64,000 nt of DNA. Origin: Octopus sinensis (taxonomy: Eukaryota). Position numbers and translations under genes: made by a program. Shown piece by piece: positions 49,599 to 61,873 of the stretch. Below the pieces are notes generated by a model. That model had not been told where the DNA came from, ran no database searches, and worked only from the letters and a program-made list of their open reading frames with translations. The stretch covers positions 101,804,001 through 101,868,000 of the forward strand of contig NC_043001.1 of assembly GCF_006345805.1 (NCBI RefSeq), read 5' to 3'. How positions within the stretch are numbered: position 1 is the first letter of the stretch; each line of letters begins with the position of its first letter.

Positions 49599-51224
49599 CT
49601 GTCATTTCTGTTTAATTAAGAACAAGTGATTCAGTCAGCTTAACCTCGTTGTAGGTCACCCATTTGCGTGTTACCACATCATCTGTCCTGGGAATCGGTG
49701 CATTATAGCAGTTGTCAAGGTGACAAAAATTATTAGATTTTATGTATTTCCATCTACCTTTACCATTAATTCCTTTGCATGTTTTTTTTTTTGTTTCGGT
49801 GTTTTTTTTTTTAATATGTTGAGAGTGAGTTTCTCTTCCTTTCTTTTTTTTTGCAGCCTGTGTTTCTACTTATACATGGTGTATACATTAATGTATTGTA
49901 TATATATCTATGTGGTGCATATATCTATGTATGTACATGTTTGTGTATGTGTGTACTTGTAAATGTAGCAAGGGTCATATAAGTGTCACAGACTATGACA
50001 AATCGGTTTTAACCCCTAACACACACATCAGTTCTTCCAGTCGGCTGCCCCACATGTATCCTCTCACAGAGCAACTCCCTATCGACACCTAATGTATTAT
50101 TCCAGTGCCTGCTCTATTCTCCCATTCTACATTAATCCGTTTAAAAGATAACCACCTCATAATATATTGTTCCAGTAATAATACCTGATGCTTTCCACCC
50201 CCTACCCCCTGCCAATTATTTATTATAGTCCACTTTGGTAAAGATTTACTCATGATCCATTGTGCCAATACTTTCTGATTTCACCCAAAATATATCACTC
50301 TGGGCCTTAATGACTTTCCCAATAATGCGTTGCAGCAATATTTGAGGGTTTTTTTTCCCCATAATTCCTTGCTGCAATGCGACATGAATTTTTTTACACA
50401 ATCCATTAGTTCACACTTTGGACATTTTTCCCATAATGCATTGTTCTTGCGTAATAATTTAAACAATTTGATTGCTGCTTATGTTCCTATAGAGACTTAC
50501 AAATATTCAGAATCTTCTATTGAATATCATTCATTTCATCTGGGTTACATCTCTTTATGCCAAGGTGGATTTTGCCATTTGGTAGAAAAAAGAAATACAA
50601 AGGACTAGGATTGGCAGTGGTGCTGTAGCATGGCCACAATTTAATGAATAAGATTAATTAAAACAATACCTTAATATCTTCATAGATATAGGCATGATTG
50701 TGTGGTTAAGAAGTTTGCCCCCGAACCTCTTGGTTTGAGGTTCAATCCTATTGCACAGCATCCCACAGTTTCATTTGAGTAAAAAAAAGAAGAAAACTGA
50801 TGATGTTAACCATTCTTGTAGGCATTAGAACCAGATTCTCTGTGCTTCCAAAGACCTCCAGAATAAAAAAAAATTACCTATTTAATAAAGCAGGTAAGGG
50901 TGGATAGCAGGAAAGAGCATGCAACCACAAAAGCCTCATTTCATATACTTCCTGTCCAACCCATGCTGACATAGAAAAACAGACGTTAAACAAGCAAGTG
51001 GGGGTATCTCCATTAATGATTATCGAGCTTGCTCTTTCTGTTTATCATCACAGTCTCATCAGAGGTAAGAAATGATTGTCAATAATTTCCATTCTTTTAA
51101 TGCAGATCATATTTGAAAGAAGAATTCCCTCAGACACTACAAGACAAAAATATTTTTAAATCAGTAACATTTCATATTTTGGAAATGACAGCAACCTTTA
51201 TAACACCATCGATCTAATGGCCTT

Positions 51225-51593
51225 TCTGTTTTTTACTTGTTTCACTCATTAGACTGTGACCATGCTGGGGCACTGCCTTGAAGAATTTCAGTCAAATGAA
51301 TTGATCTGAGTACATTTTTTTTAAAGTTTGGTACTTATTCTATCAGTCACTTTTGCTGAACTGCTAAGTTATGGGACATAAACACACCAACACTAGTTGT
51401 GAAGTGAAGCAGGAGACAAACACCGACACAAAGACACACATAGATAGTTATGTATATAAGAAGGGCTTCTTTCAGTTTCCATCTACCGAATCCACTCACA
51501 AGGCTTTGGTCAGCCTGAGGCTATAGTAGAAGGCACCTGCACAAGGTGCCACACAGTAGCATTGAACCCTGTGGTTGGGAAGCAAACTTCTTA
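51225..51593 (-). mobile_element. SINE family C; head split, with the remainder at ~52029-52065
   Basis: Family C body; GAAGCAAACTTCTTA duplicated at 51579 and 52029. Confidence 0.8.
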
Positions 51594-51820
51594 TTTCTTT
51601 ACTACCCACAAGGAGCTAAACACAGAGGGGACAAACAAGGACAGACAAACAGATTAAGTCGATTACATCGACCTCAGTACGTAACTGGTACTTATTTAAT
51701 TGACCCCGAAAGGATGAAAGGCAAAGTCGACCTTGGCGGAATTTGAACTCAGAACGTAGTGGCAGACAAAATACCGCTAAGCATTTTGCACGGCATGTTA
51801 ACGTTTCTGCAAACTCGCCG
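51594..51820 (-). mobile_element. SINE family A, full length
   Basis: Matches 1036-1261. Confidence 0.9.
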
Positions 51821-53020
51821 CTGAGTGATTGCTTAATCAACCAATCACTTGAAACTACTGTGGTCTCATTGTGATGTCTAACTACCTGCCTAGTGGTCTG
51901 GTTTCAAATCACTGCTAATGTATCAAAGTTTGTTATATAAAATCCCATTTCTATATGCTTCTGTGTGTTTCCACATTATCTTCAGAGCTTACCAAAGATG
52001 ATATCAACCATTTTTACCTGTGTGGTAAGAAGCAAACTTCTTACCACACAGCCATATCTGCACCTCTAAATAAGAAAAAATTGCAATTTAAAGATTTCTA
52101 TAGAAAATGGTTTTCAATTATTAATACCGATCACTCAGACAAACTTGTGAGCAATACTAATAATGAACTAATCAACATCTCACATTAAACAGGATTTAAA
52201 CTAGCTTCAGAATCAAATTCACAAAATTTCATTTCCATTCATCTGATATTTTAAAAATTTATCAATGAAAGATAAGATAAAAAATATTTTTCTTAAAAAA
52301 AAAACATATGCAAATATAGAAATGATTATTCAAATTAGTTATGATAAATAACTATTTTAAGACTCATACCTGGATTTGATGTAATGTGCTTAATTTAAAT
52401 ATTCATCTCACTTGTTCTGGACATAGTAAGCATATTTTCATACTAGAAGAAAATTTAGAAATTCTGTATTAATAAAATTAAAATTTATTTCACTACTTTG
52501 CAAAGTCAGTTAATGTTTATTGCATCTGTATCAGAAAAAAAATGAAGTCCATCCATATTAAATAACTTCTGGCTCTTGAACAGGATGTTTAAAATATGAC
52601 CTGCATAAATAAGAGGGTAAAATGGTTGATATCATCTTTGGTAATCTCTGAAGATAATGTGAGCGAGGTCGTTTCCAGTACCACCTGACTGGCACCCGTG
52701 CCGGTGGCACATAAAAGCACCCACTACACTCTTGGAGTGGTTGGCATTAGGAAGGGCATCCAGCTGTAGAAACTCTGCCAGATCAGACTGGAGCCTGGTG
52801 CAGCCATCTGGTTCACCAGACCTCAGTCAAAATCGTCCAACCCATGCTAGCATGGAAAAGCGGACGTTAAACGATGATGATGATACAGAAGCACATAGAA
52901 ATGGGATTTTATATAACAGACTTTGATACATTAGCAGTGATTTGAAACCAAACCACTAGGTAGGTAGGTAGACACCACAATCAAACCACAGTGATTGGTT
53001 GATTAGGCAACCAGTCAGCA
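51820..53020. repeat. Local inverted duplication: 51820-52018 versus 52615-53020 (right copy interrupted by a family B element at 52661-52885)
   Basis: GGTTTCAAATCACTGCTAATGTATCAAAG / CTTTGATACATTAGCAGTGATTTGAAACC and ACCAAAGATGATATCAACCATTTT / AAAATGGTTGATATCATCTTTGGT. Confidence 0.85.
52661..52885 (+). mobile_element. RTE-type 3' end (family B)
   Basis: GTGCCGGTGGCACATAAAAGCACCC...GGACGTTAAACGATGATGATGAT. Confidence 0.85.
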
Positions 53021-53061
53021 TCGAGCATTCATGTAATTGAATCTTCTGGAATCTTCTCCTT

Positions 53062-54005
53062 GTAAATTACAAAGTAGGATTACTAAGCAGTGACATGCAT
53101 AAATGCAATGCTATTCCCAGTTGAAATATGCCAGTGGCCCGTTTGAACAGCTAAACAAGCTATTGTCTGTGTTTTGTCCTAGAGAAAGTGTCTCACTGTT
53201 GACAATGGTTTAAATGCAGTGCCATCTATCCAGACTGTGAGATGCAGCATTTCTGAGTAGTTATCTCCTCTTTGGTCACAGACACTTGGCAGGGGGCACT
53301 GCAAATGATGAAACATGGTGATTCTCTTCTGCAATTTCAGTCACCATACGATGGCTGATAATGCTATGCAGCGGCTCATCTTCATCATTGTTATCATCAT
53401 TTAACGTCCGTTGTTCATGCTGGCATGGGCTGGACAGTTTAACCAGGGCTGGCAAGCTGGAAAACTGCACCAGACTCCAGTCTGATCTGACATGGTTTCT
53501 ACAGCTGGATGCCCTTCCTAATGCCAACCACTCCGATAGTGTAATGGGTACTTTTGTGTGCCACCAGCATGGGTGCCGTTTGCACGACACCGGTATCTGT
53601 CACAACTGCAATTTAGATAGGTCTTCTTCTCAAGCATAACATAATGCCAAAGGTCATGTGTCATGTGACATGTGTCATTGCCTCCGGTAAGTAAATACAC
53701 ATTACTGCTTAGTACTCCAACTACTTCATAATTTACTAATTGAGAGCCACTGCATAACGTTATCAGCCATCGTATGGTGACTAAAATAGTATAACAGAAT
53801 CACTCTGTTTCATCAGTTTTCAGTGCCCCCTGCCCAGCGTCGGTGACCAAAGAGGAGATAACTTCTCTGAAATGCTGCATCCCACAGTCTGGATAAGTGG
53901 TGCTGTAGACTGATCTAGAAACTTTCTCCATGGCAAAACACAGGGAGGGGCTTGTTTATCAGTTCAAACGTGCCACAAGCATATTTGAACTTGTAATGAC
54001 ATTGC
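53062..54005. repeat. Diverged inverted repeat, ~270-bp arms (53105-53378 and 53744-54005), with a family B element (53380-53690, minus) in the spacer
   Basis: GTCACCATACGATGGCTGATAA / TTATCAGCCATCGTATGGTGAC, GTTATCTCCTCTTTGGTCAC / GTGACCAAAGAGGAGATAAC, TATCCAGACTGTG / CACAGTCTGGATA. Confidence 0.85.
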
Positions 54006-54205
54006 TTCTCCTTTTGCCCTACGAAAACATAGTTTTGCATGTAATTTCAAAATGTTGAGGCAACTGCACATTGTCTCCACTCTTACCACATCCAACCAAG
54101 ACAAGAATTTTCATCTCCACAAATATCGTGCAATTATTTTCCAGTTATGATGGGCCAACCACAGATTGCTAAATCAGTAAGTATGTCATAACCTCCAAGC
54201 AGTAG

Positions 54206-54810
54206 ACATTATTTACATTTGAGGGATATTTGTCCTCATCTTGTTTATTGTTAACACAACGTTTTGGCTGATATACCCTCCAGCCTTCATCAGGTGTCTT
54301 GGGGGAAATTTCGAACCTGGGTTCTCATTCCTAAAGTATTTTTTGATGTTGTGGATGAATGTCAGTAAAATGGCCAGTATGAATGGACCAATTCTGAGAT
54401 TACACCTGTAAAAAAAAAAGGTAATATAAAAGGAGAAGGGGCTCTTGGCCCCTTTTTGACCAGGCTCCCGTGGCTTTTATGGGTTTTTCCATAAGTAACC
54501 TTTCAAAGTGCCTCCCCCTATGGGAGTTTTACTTGTTATATTTTTCGCAAAACCTTTTGTACATTTCGTCCTGTGTTTGTCCTTGCATGTTTTTTTATTT
54601 ATTTTATCCCTTGTGGCCAATAAAACCAGAATTAATTATTACTATTATTATTCAGGTCACTGCCTGGAATCAAACTCGGGATCTTGGGGTTAGTAGCCCA
54701 TGCTCTTAACCACTACACCATATGCCCATGGGCAATTATGGAGTGGATTTTAGGGCATATAAATCTAATATTTTCCTATCCACGCAGTATGTCTTCCCCT
54801 AGTATTTAAT
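54206..54810 (-). mobile_element. Second copy of the tRNA-like/hammerhead element, interrupted by an L1/Tx1 3' end
   Basis: Hammerhead core TCATCAG at 54287-54293 (GAAA mutated to AAAA); tRNA-like segment at 54655-54727; homologous to 19770-20043. The extension beyond ~54735 is tentative. Confidence 0.75.
54352..54637 (+). mobile_element. 5'-truncated L1/Tx1-type LINE 3' end
   Basis: WMNVSKMASMNGPILRLHL* ORF end, T-rich UTR, CCCTTGTGGCCAATAAAA terminus; inserted in the (AAT)n linker of the host element. Confidence 0.55.
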
Positions 54811-54994
54811 TATTACTGTTAGTATTTGTAAAAGACCAACACAATTGAAACACTGTGTGCAATAAAATCTTCATCACCTCAGACCAGCCAACAACAACAA
54901 TAAACCACGACAATCCATGACAATACATTGGCAGCTATTTCTGCAAGTTATTTTTACACTATTTCTCAGCTATGATAATATGTAATGTGGAAAC

Positions 54995-55125
54995 TAATTC
55001 CACCGAGGTCAACTTTGCCTTTCATCCTTTCAGGGTCGAAATCAGTACCAGTTGAACACTGGGGTCCATGTAACCAACTTACCTCTTTCCCACAAACTCA
55101 CTAGCCTTCTGCCAAAATTTTAAAT
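54995..55125 (+). mobile_element. SINE family A fragment
   Basis: AATTCCACCGAGGTCAACTTTGCCTTTCATCCTTTCAGGGTCG. Confidence 0.8.
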
Positions 55126-55489
55126 CAGAATGTAATATGGAAACACAAATATTTCACTAAACATTGATTAAAATCTTTTTGTGGGCAAATGTTCTGGCAA
55201 GACCTGTTCTACAGAAACAAGAATTAACCAAAAAAATTCAAAGTAATTTATTCCTTTAAAAGCTTAACCAAAATTTTCTTTAAATTCACTTTAAATTTAA
55301 GTTTGAATTTATTTATATGTGAATAGATAGAACTAGCTTAGGCATATATTCTCTGTGCTTAAAATTGTATTATATAATTAAATTGACCTCATACCATAAA
55401 GGTCAGATTAATCTAAACATCTGACATTCATTTCAACTGATAACTAACAATATATAAATATATATATACATCTGCATATGTGTACATGA

Positions 55490-55530
<41 letters not shown>

Positions 55531-55586
55531 CATATGTATGCATACATTTAGATAGATATATATATATACATATGCATGCATACATT

Positions 55587-55690
<104 letters not shown>

Positions 55691-56099
55691 ACTTTAATAA
55701 GTGAATATCTTCATTTCTTAATGTAATTTAAATTTTCTTTGAAATTTTTGAAGTTGATGCTTCACCTAAGATGGTTGTAACATATTTAAGACTTGACAAT
55801 TCACTTTGATCAATGTAAAGGTAAAAACATTCAATGTCTGTCTATAAATATATTATAGATGCAAGTGTGGCTATTTGGCAATGAGGATGGTCTCCCAACC
55901 ACAAGCTTTTAAGTTCAGACAAGAGTCTTCTGCTATTGCCCCAAGCTGGCCAAAACCTTGCAAGTAAATTTAGTAAATGGGAAACTAATAGAGAAATGCT
56001 ACAAATTCTTCTGGATGAGAAATTGTGACAGCAGGAATTGGGTGGCCATATTGTTAGGTGGGAAAGAGATAGAGTAACTGAGTTGATCAAGGGTACATG

Positions 56100-58452
56100 A
56101 TAGGGTGATTAAAATGAAAGTAATAATTAAGAAACTCAACAACATAAGCCCCAGGATCTCTTCTATGATACTCTTCTGAAGACTACCACAACGACAACTG
56201 GTAGTGATTTGCTTGTCATGGCTGGCATCTTTAATGGACACGTTGACCAACGTGATGGTGGCTTCTATAACAGGCTATAGATACAATTCAAAGAATGAGG
56301 AAGGTGTAAGTTTCCTGCAGCTCTTTGATGCAACAGATCAACCAATTTGCGGAATACACTCTAAGAAACCAACCATCTCATCATCTACCAGTCTGGAAAA
56401 CGTGTAAGTCAGACAGATTACATTCCCATAAGGACAAAATGACTATTGAAAATACTAAACCCTTCCCTGGTGAACAATACTTTATACAAGATAGACTAGA
56501 GGCAAGCAATTTGAGGGTTGGAGCTTGGCAGATGCAGAAACAACAGGAGATGGCACAGGAAAGGAAAAGATGCAAACTAAGAAATCCTGCAGTTTGGAAT
56601 AAGTTTAAAAGAATTTTAATTGACATTTATGACTTTAATGAGAAACACTTAAATACCTGCAGTATAAATAAGAACAAGGAAGTTTTACAGATTAGCCATG
56701 GGGTTGGAATAAAATCCAAACCAAACTTCCAAACGTAATGTTTGGTAAAGACAGGCATGGAAAACCTGGAAGAAAGGTGTCAGATAGGAACATTATAAAT
56801 AGTTTGAAAAGCAACTCAATGCCAGGTAGAAAGGAAGAGATTTTCACATGTTCTATAATGATGTGGGGAACAGAGGGATAAAGGGACCAGGATTATGAGA
56901 CAGTGGATGAGAACCAAGGCATCATTAGGATAAGGATAGGGTAAAGATTCTTACTGAGTCATTTAGATTCATAGGGCTGGTTTCAATGGTGCTAATATTT
57001 CCCACTGGATGGGACACATTGTGAAATAAAGTGTTTTGTTCAAAAACACAACTCGTTGCCTGCTCCAAGAACTGAAACCATAATCTTAGGATCCTGAATC
57101 CAACACCCAAATGACTAAGCCACGTGTATCCGCAAGGCATAATTAGCAAGAAGCATATTTTGATGAAGACATGCTTGCTATTGATGTGAAAAGCAAGAAA
57201 GTGGAGTGGAAGCCTTATTATAAGAGTTTACTGTACATAGAAGAAAATGCATGGGATAAAGAGAGGTTGCCTCATGTTGATCCTGTGGAGGGATCAGCAG
57301 TTCAAATCGATAACAGCTTTTAGTAATGAAGGACACGAAGGGAGGAGAAGCTGTGGGCTCATTAAGGAGAGGTGGGGAGATATGGGACTAGTTATGATTA
57401 ATAAAAAGAATAACTTACTTGCCTAAGTGTTAACATCATCTCCTTTGAAATAGTCTCTTTGCACAGCAATATGCCAATTCCAGTGTTCTTACCACTTTTG
57501 GAATCTAGCCTGGAAGTCATTTTCTGAATCAAAGACCTTCTACAATTCACTCTCAATCTGGACAATAGTGTTACAATGACAACCTTTGAGCTGCAATTTC
57601 ATCTTGGGAAAGAGATGGAAGTCTTCAGGTGCTAAATCTGGTGAATAGGGCGGGTGGGGAAGTAGTGATTTTTGGCAAGAAACTTGTGCTTGAAGAGAGA
57701 TAAGGTGCATTGTTGTCATGAAGAATCCAGTTCTTCCCATTCCACAGATCTGGTGGCTTTTGCCGAGTGTCCTCCTTCAAATGCTTCAGAACATCATTGA
57801 TTGTCCTCCGACTATCCTCGGGCACAAGCTGAGGGATTTTCTCCACATTTCTGGGAGTGACGCTTGTGGCAGGTCTTCCAGATCGCTCATCATATTCCAG
57901 GGACATTCTTCCATTTCTGCAGTGCCTGTGCCGCTCGAAACGCTGTGTACGACTCATTGCCTCATCACTGTAAGCTTGCCAAAGCTTGCTCAATGTCTCT
58001 GCAGCAGACTTCCCAAGTTTAACATAAAATTTCACATTGGTCTTTGTTCTAGCTTCCTGTCCATAACAAAAATCACAAACTACAGCACACACGTGATCAC
58101 AAAACACAAATTTCATAACAATTTCACGCAGCAATGTCACTCGACACACTGCCTCATTAAAGTCACTGCTGGCCCTCACTGCAAACGCAACTGTGTGCTG
58201 CCATCTGTTGGCATATTACAGAACTAGTCCAGGAACTTTTTGATACCACCTCATGCAAGGAAGTGGTGCTACAGATACCATCTTATTAGTGAGGCAACTG
58301 CAGGAGAAATACTTTGATAAAAATATAGCTCTATTCCTGGATTTCATTGATTTGGAGAAGGTCTTTGACAGGGTACCATATTCAGTAATGTGGTTGTCAT
58401 TGAGAAAACTAGGTTTAGATGAAGGACTCGTGAAAGCTGTAGAAGCTTTGTA
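56100..58452 (+). mobile_element. Decayed RTE-clade LINE (APE to RT), interrupted by a SINE (~56935-57125) and a mariner (57384-58253)
   Basis: FYDTLL...AGIFNGHV..NEEG..FLQ..HLIIYQSG..SQTDYI (APE); TDTILLVRQLQEKY...FLDFIDLEKVFDRVP..MW.SLRKLG (RT). Confidence 0.85.
57384..58253 (-). mobile_element. Internally deleted mariner, same family as 11825-12914
   Basis: TIR CTAGTCCAGGAACTTTTTGATACCACCTCA; NVKFYVKLGKSAAET, RSGRP, WILHDNNAP, HPPYSPDLAPEDFHLFPKMK; left TIR truncated. Confidence 0.9.
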
Positions 58453-59097
58453 AAATCTTGAAAAACTATAAAAGCTAAAAGTTGTTTCCAAAGTTTGAAC
58501 TATAGTCAAAGAGCGAATTTTATAAATTGGCAAAAAGAAAAAAAAACATATAAAAGTGTCAATGAAAAACCCGAAAACTATTTTTCTTTACTTTTCAAAA
58601 TGAGTCATCAATTTGCTTTTGCTTTTTTGTGTATATTACTACAATAAAAAATTTTCATATTTTCTGAGATGCTATTTTCACAAACTGAATAATGTGAAGA
58701 AACGAAAACAAAAGATCTAAAATAATCTAGTTTTTAGTATTTATTTGTTTGCATTTGCTCAGAATAACCCAGTTTCCTTTTGTTCATTCCAGGCTTCATT
58801 TTCTTTCCTTTTTCAATCCCACTCTTATATTTCCCTAAAGTGAAAGATAACCACAAAAAACAAAAACAAAAAATAATCTCCTGCACCACAAATCACAATT
58901 TTTTGCACCTTTAAAGTTAATTTCTCAGATACCTAAAATTTGTGCACAAAATATCATTTACTAAATATACATATTTTCAAAAAATTTGCATTGCTACCCT
59001 CCAAAAGCCTTACACTTTACACATATTTAGGTGGAACCAAACCAAAACTAAAAATGGACTGCAATTAATCCAAATTCGAAACTAGTACAACACTAGA

Positions 59098-59708
59098 CAC
59101 AGGCATGGCTGTGTAGTAACAGGTCTGCTTCCCAACCACATGGTTCTGATTTCAGTCCTACTATGTGGCACCTTGGGCAAGTGTCTTCTACTCTAGACTG
59201 GGGCCAACTAAAGCCTTGTGAGTGGATTTGGTAAATAGAAACAGAAAGAACCCTGTCATATATATAAATATGTATATTTGTGTGTGTGTTTGTGTCTGTG
59301 TTTGTCCTGCACTGCCACTTGACAAATGGTGTTGGCGTGTTTACATCCCTGTAACTTAACAGTTCAGCAAAGGAGTCTGATAGATTAAGTACTGGGCTTT
59401 AAAAAAAAATACCTATTTCTTTACTACCCACAAGGGGCTAAACACAGAGAGGACAAAGAAGGACAGACAAAAGGATCAAGTCGATTATATCGACCCCAGT
59501 GCTTAACTGGTACTTATTTAATTGACCCCGAAAGGATGAAAGGCAAAGTCGACCTCAGCGGAATTTGAACTCAGAACGTAGCGGCAGACGAAATACCACT
59601 AAGAGCTTCACCCGGTATCCTAACAATTCTGCCCAACTAAAAGTTCTTCAAGGTGGTGCCCCAGCATGACCACAGTCTAGACTGAAAAAGTGAAAAATAA
59701 AAGAGAAA
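59098..59708 (+). mobile_element. SINE family C containing a nested inverted SINE A (59412-59635)
   Basis: Family C head at 59100; tail resumes at 59636 (AACTAAAAGTTCTTCAAGGTGGTGCCCCAGCATG). Confidence 0.85.
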
Positions 59709-60463
59709 GATATCACTCCCTCCTCTTCTCTGCACTTTTTACTTAAGTTTATTTTCCAAACTTTGTCTAAAATTTCATTAGTATTCACCCACAAATTTTA
59801 CTCTATTTTACTTCATAAGTTTTTTTTGATTCCATACCAATTTTAACTTGGTTTACACAAATAGATTCCTTTCATTGAAATCTTTCAAATAAGAATAATT
59901 ACACATAATATTTTCTGAAAATAACAGAAAATTTATGGTTTAATAATGAATTTTGGCCTCACATTTTTTTTAATTTGACCATTTTTTGCCTACAGATTTT
60001 TTCTACTCCACTAATTTTTTAATGAGGCTAACATAATTAGATTTCTTTCATTAAGATCTTTTATTAGCATGTCATTAAAACACAAAAATAAGAATCTACC
60101 CTGTATTATTCTCACATTTTTGAACTTACATATTTTATCATAACTTTTTTCAAACCAACCAATTTTCTATTTTATCTCAAAATACAGCATAGAACTGGAT
60201 TGTTTTTTTTTTGTTTTTGTTTTTTTTTTTACAATGAACTGAATCACATTTAATTTGGTCAAGAATTGATTTAGCTAAAGGCTGTAGAAATGGTCCAGGA
60301 CCCACTGCCGTGGCTGAATGGTATAACCTAAAATTATACATTCATTCTGTTAACTTCTCTCTCTCTTTTTGTTGACATCATCAAAACTATTGATTCTACA
60401 ATGGCTTTCATGAGGAATATTTCAGTTGGTCAACCAATTCGACTATGATTATTATTATTATTA

Positions 60464-60502
<39 letters not shown>

Positions 60503-61169
60503 TACTATTTTTATTATTGCTTTTCTTCTTTCAATTCTCCTTCCATTTCTTGCCAAGTGTCTTCCTGAGACCTAGGGCAAAGAAACTTACTGCATGCATT
60601 GGTAGGTCATTAAAATAAATACACCAGATTGTTCATTTACAAAGTCATGTGATAGAAAAAAGGGGAAGAAAGAAAGAAAGAAAGAAAAAGGAAAAATAGA
60701 AAATAGAAAAATGCCAAAAATAAAGAGAAAAAAGAACAAAGTAAATAAAGAGAGGAAAAGGAAAGAGAATTCACCATAACAACGCTCTGTCATTGTGGAC
60801 AATGATGATGGACATCAGATGGGAGAAGATGGGGCACAGTATGTTGAGCTAAGCCCAATCAATGCGATGTGAGCTCTTCCTCATCTACAACAGTGTCTGT
60901 TAGCTTAGAGAGTCTGAGTATAAATGACAATGGAATAACCAAGTTTACCAAAAGCATAAAGAATTCCTCGAAGAGTGAATACAATCCCTACTGAGTAAAG
61001 ACAGCCATCAACAGAATAAGAACTAAGCAAAAATGGGTGAAATAATGAAATTGGATAAGATAATCAACCAACAAAAACATAATTGACAAACCAACAAATA
61101 AAAGTCAAAAACAGAGAGAAAACTTCCTGTTGACCAAATCATTTGATGCACACAACAATGTCATTTTCT

Positions 61170-61490
61170 GGACATTCAGTATATTTCATAAAATATGTCT
61201 GCAAAATATGTCACAAGTTCTTGCATGCCCTCTGCATCCAGGGGCCCCTGTTTCACTACTATGTACTTTTGTGGTTCATACATAAGTATCATACAATCAG
61301 AGAGAGAGAGGGAGATTTTGCTACCAACAGAGATAATAGCTCTCTGAACATTTCTACATTCTATTCTTATTCTGGCAACTATACTTTCAGAACATCCCCC
61401 TCCTCTGCTAATTAGGTCACCTAAGCAACACAAACTGACTACTACTTCTACCTACAGGGAGCTTCCTGGACATTTAGGAAAATTTATTTC
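61170..61490 (-). mobile_element. RTE RT C-terminal remnant
   Basis: CCLGDLISRGGGCSESIVARIRI, homologous to 39400-39540. Confidence 0.75.
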
Positions 61491-61626
61491 TCCTGACGTT
61501 CTTAGTGTTTATTGCTCCTCTGTATCTGCCACATACAAAGTCTGCTCTCTTTGTTAACCTTCAAAACAAATTTTATGCAGATGTAAAAGACAGTTACGCA
61601 TATATATGTATGTCTGTGCGCATATT

Positions 61627-61699
<73 letters not shown>

Positions 61700-61841
61700 C
61701 ACTCATGTATGCATAAATGCATGCTTACACACACACATTATATAAATAATATATAATCATATATATTTATATAAATACTTTGTGTGTAAATGTGCATCAA
61801 TTCATGCATAAGTATTTATGTGATTATGTGTGTGTGTGTAA

Positions 61842-61873
<32 letters not shown>

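Noticed and set aside
57625-58179. 184-aa ORF as an intact or domesticated transposase
   Set aside because: An internal deletion removes the first catalytic Asp region, and a frameshift separates YSPDLAP; non-functional remnant.
60585-60592. Strong minus-strand donor GCA|GTAAGT
   Set aside because: It lies at the junction with a short LINE-like 3' end and (TAA)n tail (60450-60585), and there is no credible upstream exon frame.
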